Source: Azolla caroliniana (taxonomy: Eukaryota > Plantae > Polypodiophyta). From it: 64,000 nucleotides of DNA. The stretch is from contig JBHGNT010000014.1 in assembly GCA_043228905.1 (NCBI GenBank), positions 15,376,001 through 15,440,000 on the forward strand, in the 5' to 3' direction. Each line of letters begins with the position of its first letter. Positions within the stretch are counted from its first letter, which is position 1. The notes beneath the pieces are model-generated. The model ran no database searches and was not told the DNA's origin. It saw nothing but the letters and a program-made list of their open reading frames with translations. Below are positions 1 through 14,481 of the stretch, one piece after another. Position numbers and translations under genes: made by a program.

Positions 1-69
1 GTTTAATTTTCATTGATTCTAGAGGAAGAATTTTGTTCAATGTAGAGATAACTAGTGTATATTCCTACT

Positions 70-880
70 TAGCTTTGCCGTTCTGAGAAAAATGACTTAA
101 TTATGCTCTTAAGCTAGATATTTTTTTTGCTAGATTTTCTGCTTTGGATAATAATAGCTTAAATGTGCTAAAATGCTCATCTTTCGACAATCTGAAATGA
201 CTTAGTGTCCCTCTTTTGATTGGAAGATAGGTAGTATATCACTTTGGGAATTTGCATTTGTGAGATAAAATGGGTTGAAGTGGCAATTTGTGATATGAAA
301 TTGCTTGAAATACGTTTCTATTGAGTAGCAGATATGTAGCATATATGCTTACATGGAATCCAATATATGCATATTTTCGATCTGAAATGCATTAATGGTC
401 CAATTTCTTTCTGAAAATGGTGCTAGTATATATCTTTGTTAGGTTTGTGGAAGAATTCCTTAAACCAGGCACTGCTCCTTTTTAAGTGATCTAACATGGC
501 TCACAGTCTTTTGTTGATTGGTTGATATGTAGTATAAGTCTGTGAATTTGCAATCTGTGAGAGAAATTGGCATAAATGCTAACAGATGCAACCTTTGGTG
601 ATTTGATGTGGCTCATAACAGTTTTGTTGATTGGAAGACAAATCTATGTTGGAAAATTTACTGTTTGTGAGAAAGAAAAGGAGTTAAACATGCTTAACAC
701 ATGATCTAAAATCGTGTATTATCTCCTGCTTGGTTCACAGATATCCAGTATATATCTTTGTTTGAAGTACCATTGCCAAGCAAAATTTCCTTAAACGTGG
801 TAAGATACATCCATCTAATCCGAAATGGCTCGCAAACATTCAGTTGATTGGCAGGTATGTAATATACATAATTTTGTATA
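70..880. repeat. Degenerate ~105-115 bp tandem repeat in the upstream SEC8 intron
   Basis: Recurrent TGATCT(G/A)AAATGGCTC...TTTTGTTGATTGG...AATTTGCA.TTGTGAGA-like units near 188, 378, 488, 599, 702, 812. Confidence 0.55.
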
Positions 881-949
881 TATATTCGTGAGGAACAAGT
901 CTAATGAATGGCTGGAAGAGCTAAGCTACACATCTATTATTTCTCTCAG

Positions 950-3900
950 ATTGTACAAGCTGAACTAGAAGAAATTGGTGAAGTTTGGAAACAGGCAAGA
1001 TTTGATTCGCTTCCTCACGTTGTGGAAATTCTGACATCTCAAGTTCCAGAAGATGCAATCCAAAGTTTACGTCAGCAAAGAGATGATATTGAAGACATTG
1101 TTGACGATGTTGTGAAAGGATACCACAATGGCTTCAATAAAGCCTTCCACAATTATTCCCAGGTTTGTTTGCTTTTTCCTTCTGAAAATATTTTTGGAAA
1201 AATAAAATGCAGTTGTAAAACCCTGAAGATTGACCTATAGATTATTCGTGCTAATCGAAAATGGACTATGTAAATGATTACTGATCTTTGTTAGTCGTGA
1301 TGCAGATGCTTTGAACTGTAATAATTCTGCTTTTAATGTGAGTGGTTACAGTCTGCTAAATCTGAATGCAGATACTTCGAGTGTTTAGTGATTCCACTTC
1401 TAATGTAAATGGTCTAAAGAAAGACTTGGATAAGGCAAAAGAATTACTTGGAACTCGAAACAAACAACTGCAACAGCTTTGGTATCGATCTCTCACCATT
1501 CGTCACGTTTTATCTCTACTTGACCAAATTGAGAATGCATCTCAGGTAGCAATTTTTATACTTAAAAGCCTAAAACTTTCGCCTGTCTTATTGATTTATT
1601 TTCCATCATTATGATAATGTTACAAGTTACATGAAAATTTTCGATTATGTGTTGTGCAATGTCTTTAATATCTAAGCTGACATCATCAGTTTCTCTGAAT
1701 GTTTGCATACAATGCTTATTCCTTAACAGATTCCTGGCCGAATTGAAAAATTGATAGCAGAAAAACAGTACTATGCGGCTGTGCAACTTTATTTGCAGTC
1801 AACAAGCCAATTTGATCGAGAAGGGATTAATGGGGTATCATGTGCCCGAATATAGGCATAGTCTTGATTTTATGTATAGTTGGCATTTTACTTCTTTCAT
1901 ATACTGGTACACCTTCAAGAAATTTGAACCTTGTGATTATATGCGCAGGTTGGAGCCCTTCAAGATGTTCGATCAGATCTTTCAAAGCTGCGTGGAACAC
2001 TATTTTTTAAAATAGTTGATGAACTACATCTACACATTTACAACAAGGGATCTTTCAGGTATTATGTTATTGTGTGATACATGTAATACAAGTTTCAGGA
2101 AAATTCAGTGTAAAATATTCTCTAGCCATGATAAATCAATCTTATCTGACATTACTTTATTAGGATGTATCTGGCACTCTTGATTCTAATGCTTGATTTT
2201 CCTGATTGATGCTTTGGCAGTGTTAAACAATTGACGGGTTCTGACGCTGATGATGACTTATCAACAATTCCAGCTATGACAATAATTTATTCTAATGGAT
2301 CACAACCTATATCACAGAGAACAAGAACACGGAGAAGTGATCATGAATCAGAAAGGTACAACTGTGTAACATTAATAATTCTAGATGAAAAAGAGCATAG
2401 AATATGATGCAACCATTGCCTTCTTTATAACTTGCAGAAAAAATCCTTCAAATAAAAAATGCATTTGGTAGAATTTAATCATAGCCTCAGAGATTGCATC
2501 ATGTTATACAAATATGTCAAGGGCATTTAAGGTGGAATATGAGTTGAAAGAAACCCCTGAAATATGGCATTTCCAGTCAAGGAACAGTTCAAAGAAACCC
2601 CTGAAATGTGACATTTTCGTTTTCCAGGGGTTTTAGGATTGGGAAGATTACTAGTAGCTAAAAATATGTTGAAATACTAACCAGTTTGGGCAATATAGCA
2701 TTAGTAGAATTTCCATATTCTCAATTAGAGATCCCGCTCTATTAAAACACACAAAAAACAAATAAAAATAGCATTACTTTTCACATATTTCTATAATAAA
2801 TCTATATAAGATGAGATCAAGATGACTGCCTAATTTACTCTTTGTTTAATTGTTTATCTTAAAAATTTTAATGTTCCAGTTTCCACAGAAACTATAACTG
2901 AGGGTGCATGCTTGTTATGCATTTTCAATTTGCATAATGATACTGAATCTAGTGTTGATAACTTTTGGGGAAATAGGAATATGTATTTTTAATTTGAGAT
3001 TGGCACTTCCCTAAGTATTTCTGCTTTCTAGTATTTTGTCATACCATTTGTGCAATATAGTTGTTAATAACCTTTTTTTTTCTGCCAAGTTATATAAATA
3101 TGAAGGTAAGCAATCTTTCCAGATAAAGTTAACAATCATAGGTGGGGGCCAACCTTCTTTTTACCTTCTTCTCTATTTCCTTTCTTGGGTTGCTTTTGTC
3201 TTCGAAAGTTGCCTTTGTAAATCTATGACCATAGATCTGGTTGACGGAAAACACCTATCCATATATATGATATGTACAACTTTCAATATGTATTCTAGTA
3301 TTTCCCTGCTCTTTCATGATAGGGTTTGCTGTATGCTCTCCTAGTTTACGGATAAGATACTTTATTTTTCTTTTATTTATTAATACTTCAGATTACCTGT
3401 TTCATATTAATCATAGTTCCATCCTGTTATCTATGTCTGAGGTGCATTTGAACATGCATCTACTTCCCTATGAACACGTTTCAGACGACTTTATCCAGAA
3501 TGAAAGCATTGGCTTCACATATAATGTGTAATAATACTGTAAGTATCTGAATCATTTCAGCTCATCCATAGATGGAAGAGAAGAGGAGGGTTCTCAGGTG
3601 GGGGACAATCATGATAGTGAAATTGTTGGTAGGGTGGTGGCTAGGCTTGCTGGAAATGGATTACCAAGTTGGTTAGCTGAATCCACACCAAATGAGTTTG
3701 TTGTAAGTATATCTAAGATTCAATTTGCATTTGTTCCTTTCTATGATATATGGAATATCTAATATTAATCAAATGAGTCCTGGAATGTCATGGAATTCAT
3801 ACTGAACAGTTTTTTTGCAGGATCTTATGATAAAAAACGAAGCTCCTTTGCATGTGAAATACCTGCAGACTTTGGTAGAATGCCTTGCACTGCTTGGGAA

Positions 3901-6900
3901 AATTGATGCCGCTGGGGCCATTTTAAGGTAAATTTGGTAGCATCCTTTATAACTCTAGAAAAATAATGCAGTTTTCCTCAGTAACTTCTTAGACCTCTTA
4001 TTGTTCTTTTCTCTATATTTTCAATCTTTGGTTGGTCTCATATTCCATATAGTCTTTTAGACATGTGAATTTGTTTTTCTTTCTTTCGACAGTCAAAAGT
4101 TGAGACCTACAATTCACGAATTGATAATAGCAGAAATCAAAGCTCGTGCTGCTGCTATCGAAGTCTCGAGGCCAAGGCTTGATCAGATATCAAAGAATGC
4201 GAATGGGGTCAAACCAAGCAAATATTCATCTGGTGCAGGGATTAGTGTTACTGAAACCCCATTTGAGAACAGAATATTTTTAAATGGTAACTGGGGAATG
4301 AGACAGTCAACAGGTGCTTTGCCACCTTTCATGGGGCCATTGCAATCAGGACAGGCTGCAGCCCGGGATCTTTTAGAGTCTGTCTTGCGTCAGGTCTCTG
4401 GGGTTTTAGGTAAAATTTCAGAAAATGAGAAGCTGATGTTTAGAACGCTCCCCATGTCTTTGTTTCAATTATTGAACATGTCATTGTCAAACAGAAAATC
4501 ACGTTATTGTTGGAGAAATGATGGAGGCCAATTCTTCTACACAAAATGATGCAACTTCTCCAAGAAGATCCAGTGTTGATCTCAACTGGCCTGGAGATCC
4601 AGATGTAGCTCGTGCAACTGGTGGATATAGTCTGTCTTTCGCTTTGGCTGTCATTCAGGTATTTCCTGGCGAAGGCTTTTCTATAAAGAAAATAATCAGT
4701 GAATACTTCATAGAGGATCATGTTCTTTCAACTCTTTTTGGCAGAGCGAATGCCAGCAGCTTATATGTGATATCCTACGGGCTACTCCAGATGCTGCAAC
4801 AGCAGATGCTGCAGTTCAGACGGCAAGGCTTGCAAGCAAGTTGCCAGGGAAAAACTCAAGGTTGTATTCTGTAGCATTTGCTGATTTTCACGTAACCATT
4901 ATCTACAGGTAATGATGTAGATTGATGTGTCTACTGGATTAATTCATCAAATGCCTTTGGTATTGCAGCAAGAATGGAGTTGCAGAAGAGGGACTGTCAT
5001 TTGCCTTCCGGTTTACAGATACAGTTTTCTCAACTACTGGTACTGGTTAATCATTCATTTGTGAGAAACAGTTTTCTCCAAAAGATAGGCCAGTAGTTAT
5101 ACTTGTAGTAATCGAGAATTTATCCTCTCCAACAGATGCACCTGGAGTAACTTTCCAAAAAATACTTCTCCTGTGGTTTTGATGTCAATATTCAATGTCA
5201 CGATTGCTAATCATGGATGTAGGTGGGGATGGACTGAGGCAGCTGCATAGCCGAAGAACTGCAGGTGGAGCTCAAGAAGGCTATGGAACTGGTGCAATTC
5301 TTCCTGAAAGGGGAATATACTTGATTGCAGCAGTTTATAGACCTATTCTTCAGGTACTGTCATTGACCAATTATGTTTAATGTGGTCTATGCTTAAATGA
5401 ATGTTTGCTCATTGATTTTCTATATATGCTTAGTTTACAGATAGAGTATTGCAGCTCCTTCCTCCAAAATACTTGCAGTTAGGGTAAGCGTTCTGTTTCA
5501 ACAGCTTGTGCAAACCATCCTTTTTGCAATATGTGTGTTGTCTACTTACGCCTATTTAACTGCATAACTATGTTAAATAAGCTTAATATTAATAATCTAG
5601 AAAACTCAAATCAACAATTAGATGGAAAGTTAAAGATAACATGAAATTATTTTTATGTCTATTGAGGCTTCAGCACTATTTTGTTAAGAGGAAAATCTAA
5701 TAATAAAATACAAATATTTGCTGATGAAGTGTATACTTCCCTTGATAACTTAAAGTGCCATACTTAAGACACCACCTAGAAGCTTGAGCTCATATGTGTA
5801 TGCTTTATTCACGCATAGAGACTTTGTAATTCAATGTATGAATACCCCTTTTTAGGAAGGAGAATAATATCAAGAACACATGTATACTCTGGTCCCATAG
5901 GTCAAAATTGGCCTCTTTATGGACGATAAAAGTTCTAATTCTAATTCTAATCTCACTAGAGAATGTCAATATGTAGAACAAAAAGTTTATTTGTACCTAT
6001 TTAAATGCATAGTTATGTTTAATAAGCTTAATTCTAATAATCTAGAACACTAAAGCAAGATAACAGGATCTGAATTTTATGTCTATTGAGGCTTCGGCAC
6101 TATTTTGCTAAGAGGAAAATCTGATATTAAATACAAACGTTTGCTGATGAAGGGTATACCCCTCTCCTGCATCTATATCTCACTATAGAACAAATCTAGA
6201 ACAAAAGGATCAATGTGATAACCATGCCCTGTACTTGACCAATGTGATAACCATGCCCTGTACTTGATCTAATGAAATCTAACCTTGTAACTGGATTAAT
6301 ATTCTTTCTTTATTAGATTTGAAAGCACCGAATGACTCAACCAACAAATTATTTATTTTATTGGAAATTTCAGTGCATTATTGTACAATGCATTTTATAG
6401 TTCAGTGGAGAAGACTGAGATTTTCCAATTGAAGTTACCAATTGATAAGCATCGATGGAGTGCTTTCAAAGGATATACGTTACGATGCTAGGATTATTAA
6501 AAAGTTGGCTTTGATGCTCATCAGATCACAACCATTAGCAGGGAGAATACCTTGTTTCTCATGGAGAATAAGAGTGTTAATGCATATTTTATTGCACTTC
6601 AAATACATGGAAAGCACACCAATGAAATTTCGAATAATAATCCATTCTTGAGGCAGTGATTGAGGGGCGATCAAGGATTATAGGAGTTACTGCGGCTGTT
6701 TGTCTATGAGAGATGGTTGGGAACTTCTGTTGATGTGACCTAATGTGTGTATCAGGCACATATACATTAGTTTTTTAAAAATTGACTACTTTAGACTCCT
6801 AAACGGTAATCCTACCCCACCATTCTCCAGTGTGGTTGTTCATGTACTTGCCATTGCTTTTGTATGAATGTTGATCAACATTTAACCTGTTCTTTGCAAC

Positions 6901-9900
6901 TATTAATATGAATAGGTGTGCCCTAATGTCTAATCCACTCTATGTAGAATTTGGCTAAATAAATCCATATTTATTGAGGACTTCTTTGAGTGTGTTTCCT
7001 GATAGTAATTCGTGTAGGTATGTACTTGCTTATCTTTGTTTGATAGATTTTCCTTGTGTAGGTATGTATTTTGTTTATCTTCATTTGATTGATTTTCCTA
7101 CTCTTATCCGTCGTTTTCATTCATTAATGCTATCACATAGGTGTGCTTGTATGGCTGGACTATCCCAGTCTCATAAACTTTGCTCATCACATCTTAATAT
7201 GTTGAGGGTGAGACAGGTTTTGTCCAGTCTATGCTATCAACGATGAAGTTGGTAATCGTGATAGTTCTTAATCTTAACACATAAGGATGAGGATTAAAAC
7301 TGATAGGCTTTTTTGCCGTGGCTCATTTGGTTTCCTTTCTCTATAAATTACAATCATTGTGTTCTCTTCTCTGATATTTTTTTTGTCTTCTTTTGGAGTT
7401 TTCATGATTCTTCAATATATCGTTTAGTACTCTTGGTTTGATTGTGGCCATCCCCATGCATCAAATTGCTGACCAGCTTCATCTTAAATAGTGAATATAG
7501 CAAACAAACGTTAACCTTTATCTTTGAAGAGTGAATATGTTGCATTTGCCTAAATCTGTAAGCTTCTTACTTTCTGGCTGTTGCTGGATAAATTTAGGAA
7601 ATAAATGTCTTTCTAAAATAGTTTCTAGAATACAATGTCTTCTGTATCCCTGCTACAGAACAGTTTTTTTGTGGGAATACAGAAATGATGGGCTTCAAAG
7701 TTTTATCGAGAACTTTGTGAAGGACCAGTTTCTGCCTCCAATTCGAGTGGAGTACCGGAATCGTGTGCAGGATGCTTTGGCAAGTGAGTAAACTGTCCAT
7801 TAGCTATCAGATATGGCCTAATTGTATGATCAAGATGTCATGATATGTCTCTTTGCTGATATTGTACGTTATACCATATCAATTAAAACTATTTGAATGA
7901 GGCAATGTGCATGATGTTACTGACAATGATTTGATGATTTAATATGCGTGATTTAAGGTCCTGCTGCATTTAGACCAAAATCTCGCACAGGTATTCTATA
8001 TGAATCATTGATAGAGAAAGAAAGACCTATACTGCAAGGTCCACTGGCTGCATCCCAGCTTGTCAGTGAGGTTAGCTCATTATTAGTCTCTCTGGTTCTC
8101 AGCTATATAAAAGGCATCTCTTGACAGAAATATGACCTTATAGATGTTTCATTTTTCTGTTACTTGTATGTAGGTGGTCAGCTGGGCACAAGCGATGCCA
8201 AAGTATGCCAGTGATTTTATTGAAGTGGCACAGGCTTTGTTAGAAAGGACACTGGAACGTTGTCGTGCCACATATACTGAGGTGCAAATAGGGCTCTTTT
8301 ACTATAGTTAATACTGGCTTAGAACAGTGGAGTGAGTTGGATTGAGTATTTTCTTTATTGTTATGGTAATCCACAAGTTTATATACCCTGTATGTGCACC
8401 TCAAAATCCTTTGTTGCATCGCACAGTATTTATCTTCCACCTGTGCGTGTATGTCTAACTTTCTTTTGATTGATATTGTGGCAACATACCAGGCAGTGTT
8501 GGGGAGCCTCAGTTCTAGTATAGTTGGAAGACCAGAGTTTGAGAACTTGATGAGGCAAGAATCAGCAAGTGCACTATTTAATGCTCTATACGTAGAAAAA
8601 CTTGACAAAAAGGTCTCTGAAGAGGAGTTTCTGGACTCTGAAGCAATGGAATTGGAAATGGAGATAAGCAATCTTTTACTCAGTTATCGACCTTTGAAGC
8701 AGGTGATAGTCAAAAAACATATTCCAGTTAAATTTCATGCATCATGCTAATTCTCAGTATCTTTGTTTATAACTGGTTTGTATGATGTACAGGATCAATT
8801 GATTAGCAATGACCAGAAAATTGTTTTACTGGCAGCGCTGAGCGACTCGTTGGATTATGTTTCTGAATCTCTTGAAAAGTAAATAAGAACATTCCACTCT
8901 TTCAACAAGTGATTTTGATTAAATAATACCATCTGAAGATGGGATGCATGTGTTTTTTTCTCACTTAGTAAGAGTAGTTGCATTGTGCATTATGATGGGC
9001 TGAAAATAATAAATGTATGTGGTGGTCATAACAGGCTGGGGCAGAACACATCTGCGTTCCATTCTCGAAAGAAAAATGAACCCAAACAACATCAACTCAC
9101 CAGTAGCACTCTCTCCTCTGGCTTTGGTGCTCTTGCGGAAAAATATCAATCCCTGAGCGCTGAGTGCTTGAGAACCCTGAGAATCGAAATGCAACTTATA
9201 GCTTTGTATCATGTTCAGGTCTGGTGCTATTATTGCCTAGGTTAGCAATAAAGTTCATAAGTGTATGATGAGGATATATAGAACCGTTACCTTGTACCCT
9301 ATAATGTTGCAAATAAACACATTCCCAATTCTCATGTTTCATGTTCCATGGCAGCATATGAATGAAAGGACCTATGTGATTTATGATGATGCTGAAGAGC
9401 CAGAAGATTTTGTAATCTCACTTACCATACAGGTTACTTGCGCTACTTTTGCATTTTTCATGTCTTCTTAAGAGTATTTCATTATCTGTGAAGCTACTTA
9501 TATACTATTACTATATGCAGATCACAAGGCTAGATGACGAGATAATGCCCTTTGTTCTGCAACAGAAAAGAAAGTACATATTTGGAGGCATTTGTGGAGT
9601 TGTCGCTACCTACTTCACCAAAGTTTGTTTTGAATTCTTCTTCTGTGTTATTTAGATAATTGTTCGGTCTGTGTTTCAGATATAAACAATGCTGGGTATT
9701 GTTTTTAATAACTATTTCAGGCATTAAATGAAGTTGGTACAATAAATATATTTGGTATCCGACAAGTCTGCCAGAACTGTATTGGCGTTGAACAGGTATT
9801 CCATTTTTGTCTGCCAGAACTGTATTAGAGTTTATCTCAATAACTATTGTCTGATATATGGAGAGAACTACTGTAAAGAACCAAAGATAGCCAGTGGTTG

Positions 9901-10785
9901 ATTAACACTAACTTTGGTGTTGAACAGGTATTCCATTTTTGTAGTGGATTAGAATTTATCTCAATAACTGTTGTCTGATATACGGAGAAAACTACTGTAA
10001 AGAACCAAAGATAGCCAGTGGTTGATTAACACTAACTTTTATATGCATTCACTTGTGTTAGCTTTATTGGAATTTGGTAGAGAATTCTCCTGTATGGCTC
10101 AGAGAGGGGGGAATCCGCCTGAGGGGCCTACCCAGCCCAGCTGAGAGTATGCTGGGTTTGTGAAAACCAGCACTTTATAATGTTCATGACTATCTGGTGC
10201 GGATTCCTGTTGGCTGAAATGAGATTGACGAGCTCTCTCATTGTTTTCTGACAGTGCATTACTTCATTAGATTAAATGCTAATTTCAAGGAATTGAGTGA
10301 AAATGCTAAATTATTTTGACTAGGACGTAAATTAATGCTCCTATTGATAAATTATTTTATATAGGCTCTTGCTGCAATGTCATCAAGCAACAATGCGCTC
10401 ATACAACAGCGTCTAGGAAGAGTGCAAACTTACTATCAGCTGCTGAATTTGCCATTTGAGGTGATAGAATCATGGAGATCATAGAAATTCTAGGTTATAC
10501 AAGTGAATATAAAGTTTTAAGACATTTGTGTTGGTTTCTCAGGCATTGCGGGCATATATTTCTGAGCACCTCAAAGAATATTCTGTCTCAGAGTATTTCC
10601 CCCTCACCTGTGCTCATTTTCTTGATGGTTAAATATTTCCATCCTGGAAACATAGATCACATGAATTCGTGTCTTTATGTTATTTTTGCAGGTTTTCCAG
10701 CCTGCTAAGGGTAACTGTCCTAGACAGGGAAGTACCTCTAGATGCAATTCAAATCATTGGTGAAATTATAGCTCGTGGTTTGTAG
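950..10785 (+). CDS. SEC8: Exocyst complex component SEC8 (multi-exon, 5' end upstream of window)
   Basis: Spliced translation gives WKQARFDSLPHVVEILTS...HNGFNKAFHNYSQILRVFS...RNKQLQQLWYRS...IEKLIAEKQYYAAVQLY...VGALQDVRSDLSKLRG, matching plant SEC8 as I recall it. About 25 GT-AG exons (approx. 950-1162, 1372-1545, 1730-1834, 1949-2058, 2221-2355, 3561-3702, 3821-3927, 4093-4409, 4495-4657, 4746-4860, 4969-5045, 5223-5353, 5434-5483, 7683-7783, 7958-8070, 8174-8281, 8493-8703, 8793-8878, 9035-9218, 9355-9432, 9521-9622, 9721-9795, 10365-10460, 10543-10592, 10692-10785); stop TAG 10783-10785. Start codon exon not found in window. Confidence 0.93.
5562..6160. repeat. Intronic ~170 bp dispersed direct repeat pair
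   Basis: GCATA.(C/T)TATGTT.AATAAGCTTAAT...TTTTATGTCTATTGAGGCTTC.GCACTATTTTG.TAAGAGGAAAATCT...TTTGCTGATGAAG.GTATAC at ~5562-5737 and ~6007-6159. A 30-bp tandem pair follows at 6211-6269. Confidence 0.8.
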
Positions 10786-13734
10786 GAAAATACCAATTCA
10801 ATGTGTTATTATTATTGTGTGTCCTTTTTCCGGTAATATTTTACTATAACCCATTTAGATGTACCCCCAGAGAGAATGTTCCATGTTTTGATAATATTCT
10901 TTGTAAAAAAATTCTGAAACAAATTTGTATCATAGAGAGAAAACCTTACCCAAATCATCTTCCAATATTTTGTTCTACAATGAGCTCTAGGGATGTAGTG
11001 AAATCAATTGACAGTGAGAGCTCACTGGAGAACTTTTTGAAAATACTGCGTGTTTGTGTAAAGATAATCCAAGGATGAGAGTTCCAGAGGACATGAACTG
11101 ATGATTAGTACCTTGTTTTTTCTTCTCTTTCCATAACTAAATGAAACCTCCATAATAATTTTATTTCTATTTTTGGAAGGTGTAGCATTGCGATATATTG
11201 AATGGGTAACGAAAGTCTGCATTTTTATATCAAGCAGTAAGGATACGATGACTTGAATACAACGTAACAATAGTTTGAAATTTTGATGATTCCCGTGGTG
11301 CACTTGGGATGGTTGAAGCCATTGAATACAAAGTGACAATAGTTTGAGATGTTGTATCAAGCAATAGGTATATGATGACTCCCGTGGTGCACTTGGGATG
11401 GTTGAACGCAATTTAAGAGACCAAAATAGTCATCACAGAAACCAGATTAGTAGCAAAAGCTCTGGTAATCCGTGATGCTCATTAGTTTGATGTTTGGTGA
11501 ACATATTTGATGTATATCATCATTTTCTCAGCATCATGACATTTTTGTAGGTGGTGATGGCATTTATTTATCGTTGGGAGTTTTGGGGTCATTGTTGCAT
11601 GTATGTAATTATTTCCTTTGAGCAAGAGAACTATAAAATAGGGTGTTTTCTCATGTAATTTCCTTTGTAATAAATTTTTAAGTGTGTAAAGGTGGTTTGC
11701 CCGTTGCATTTAACAAGTTTTTGATAAGGTAAACATGCATAACAAGGCATGCATCATACAAGTGTAATTGCAGTTATTGTTATTTTATTTTGAAGTTGTA
11801 ACGTTTATATACATTCACGACTAGGGCTATGGATTCAAGTCTTGAGCAAATGGGGGTTTTCCGTGAAGAGATCATAACGAAAGTTCATATTTTTTGTTTG
11901 AGACATTATTGATTATTGTCATGGCACTCCCAACATTTTGTTCCAAGAAATTGGATTGAAAACTATGTGATTGCCCTTTAATTGTTATAGAACATGAAGA
12001 TCTTTTTATGTTATACTCTAAACCTCTAGTTGTTGGTATGTAGATATACAATTGTCATGATATTAGGAATTGGAAAAGAGTCAAGCATGATGTGAACATT
12101 TGAAGCAAGTTCTTATTGGAAAATAATTGCAACTCAATACAATGGTGTGATCTTGTTTGATGAGGGTGTGTTTCTAAAATCACATCTTTAATTTGCATAA
12201 GTGGTCCTAAAAACAATGTTACTAGTTTTTACCTAAATGACTATAAGAAACAAGACTACATATTGTTATTTTGTACACCTAACTATTCATGTAGCTAGTC
12301 AACCTATTATGTAGAATGCTAAATTTGGTGACAAAAAACATTGTCATTGGTCTTGAACATATTGAAACCAAGGCTATGAACCTTTCAAGGAATGAAAAGA
12401 AGAATATCAAAGTTCAATGACATGATATGGAATTCTATGTTAGTTACCACTAGTATTTCATACAAAGTGACAACAAATTATCTTGACATTGTTTGTTTGG
12501 TTTAAGGAGAATCCATTGTATTATGTGTAAAAATGAGAAAAGGTGAAGCATAGGTTGTTTCTTGGCACCAATTGAGAAGGAAAGTTTTTGTGGAATGTTT
12601 CTAGGGGCTTAGTAAGGCGGGCTATAGGAGATTGATATGGATACAAATATGGTAGCTCCAATTGTGATCTTCATTGTGTTACATTTCATGGAATCTAAAG
12701 CTTATTTTATGATGCCTAATGAATTGCATTTTGCACATCGAATGAAGTTGTGAATGCTTGTAAGACATTATGTTTTTTTGAGCCGTCATCCCTAAACTTA
12801 TATTGGCACATAAATATCCCGCAAACAATCCACTATTGCCATTGTATTTTCTATGTAGATTGTTCATTTTTATGAAAACCATACACATCCAAGGGAAATT
12901 TTGGCAAATAATCTCCACATGGTTTTTTGAAGTTTTTCTAGTTTGATTTTTCCTAAAAAAAATGCCCATTCATGAATGACTTGTTAATAACCTTTTTGTA
13001 AAGATAAGCATGAACAATTGAAACGTAAACTCAATAGTCCACACTTTTAGGGCATAAAAATTTTCAGTCCTCTAATAGTTATGTATCATGCCAGAATGTT
13101 GTAGGGCCTCAAATATGTGCATAGTTTGAAAGCTAATGGGTGCCACTTTGTACGTCAACAAAAGAGAGGTTCAAAAAGAAAAAAGCAAAAGAATTGCACC
13201 TAAGCAACTTGCCAGTGGCATTGGGGTGTTCCACGAGACAACTCAATTGCCTAGTTGGGTCATAGCCACCAAACCCCGATGCCAATTACTCTTGCAAACC
13301 CTCCTTGTTTATGTATATGTGGGCCATAGTTGCTAAAAACGTGTATTTTATGTTTGGAGTACGTTTTAGAATATCTTGAAGTATTCTACATGTATTCTAT
13401 GTTTTAATGCTCCCATTCTACAATATTTAACGTATTCAACATAGTTAACATTTCTAGAAAGTTAAAAAAGTATATTTTCTTGACAAAAAACTTCAAACTT
13501 TAAGAAGTATTCAACGTACTTAACATGTTGTTCTACGTATTTAACATATTCTATGTATTTAGCACACTTTGTCTCTTCCAATACCTATTCTAACTATTCA
13601 AAGAAGAAAGGCAGAATACTTAGCATACGTATGCTACATGCATTGTATCGTATGCCAAGTTTGTATTCCACAACAACAACGGGGGCATGAACGAGAGGCA
13701 TCATTCCTTGCATGCCACTTGAACCAATGGGGGG

Positions 13735-13965
13735 ACAGCCCCATCCCGTCCCGTCCAGTCTTGTGCCCTCTCGTCCAGACTTGTCTTGTCTTGTCTTGTC
13801 CCTTCCCATCTAGTCTTGTCCCTTCTCTTCTCTTCTTGTCCCATCCCGTCTCGTCCCGTCTCGTCCTGTCCCTTCCCATCCCATATTGTCCCTTCCCATC
13901 TCGTCCCGTCCCTTCCCATCCTGTCTTGTCCTATCCCGTCCTGTGTTGTCCTGTCCCGTCCCATT
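13735..13965. repeat. Pentamer-based simple repeat (CCCGT/CTTGT/CCCAT)
   Basis: Low-complexity pyrimidine-rich run read directly; source of spurious ORFs 13569-14169. Confidence 0.9.
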
Positions 13966-14099
13966 ACCTATCAAGATGGTTTACGCACAAAGCACGCGAA
14001 CTATTCTGTGGGTATATATACATACATGGTCTCGGAGAGAGGAGATTTGCGGTGCGTGACACACAAGGAGAGAGGAGAATGCATGTTTCATAGTTCTCT

Positions 14100-14220
14100 G
14101 GAAGGAAGGAAGGAAGGAAGGAAGGAAAAGAAGTGTATGGCTACAATGAGAGTGAGAGTGAATGAATGAATGAATGAAGGAAGGAAGGAAGGAAGGAAGG
14201 AAGGAATAGAAGGAATGAGG
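14100..14220. repeat. (GAAG)n/(GAAT)n microsatellites upstream of actin
   Basis: Runs of GAAG and TGAA read directly. Confidence 0.9.
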
Positions 14221-14481
14221 TTCCATCTCTATGAAGTTTTAAGTGTGAAAAGAAGAAGTGGAGCCCCTCCTCCTTCTCCTCTGCCTCATCTCCTCCTCTT
14301 CTTTCTTTCTCTCTTTTCTTTTCTTTTCTTTTCTGTGGTGCCTTCCCTTCTTCTTCTTCTTCTTCACCTGCTGCTCCCCCTCACTTCTCTTTTTTCTTCT
14401 GTCTTAACCAGATCAGGCCAAGCTTGTCTCCACCCACTCTCCCTCTCTCCCTCTCCCTCTTGTGGGCTTCATCAGATCTGG

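Noticed and set aside
10120-10230. TPP or SAM-I riboswitch, or hammerhead ribozyme, in the SEC8 intron
   Set aside because: GCTGAGA is present but the TPP ACCTGA/P5 core is not; the SAM-I GCAACC core and the hammerhead CUGANGA core are missing. Kept only as an unassigned structure.
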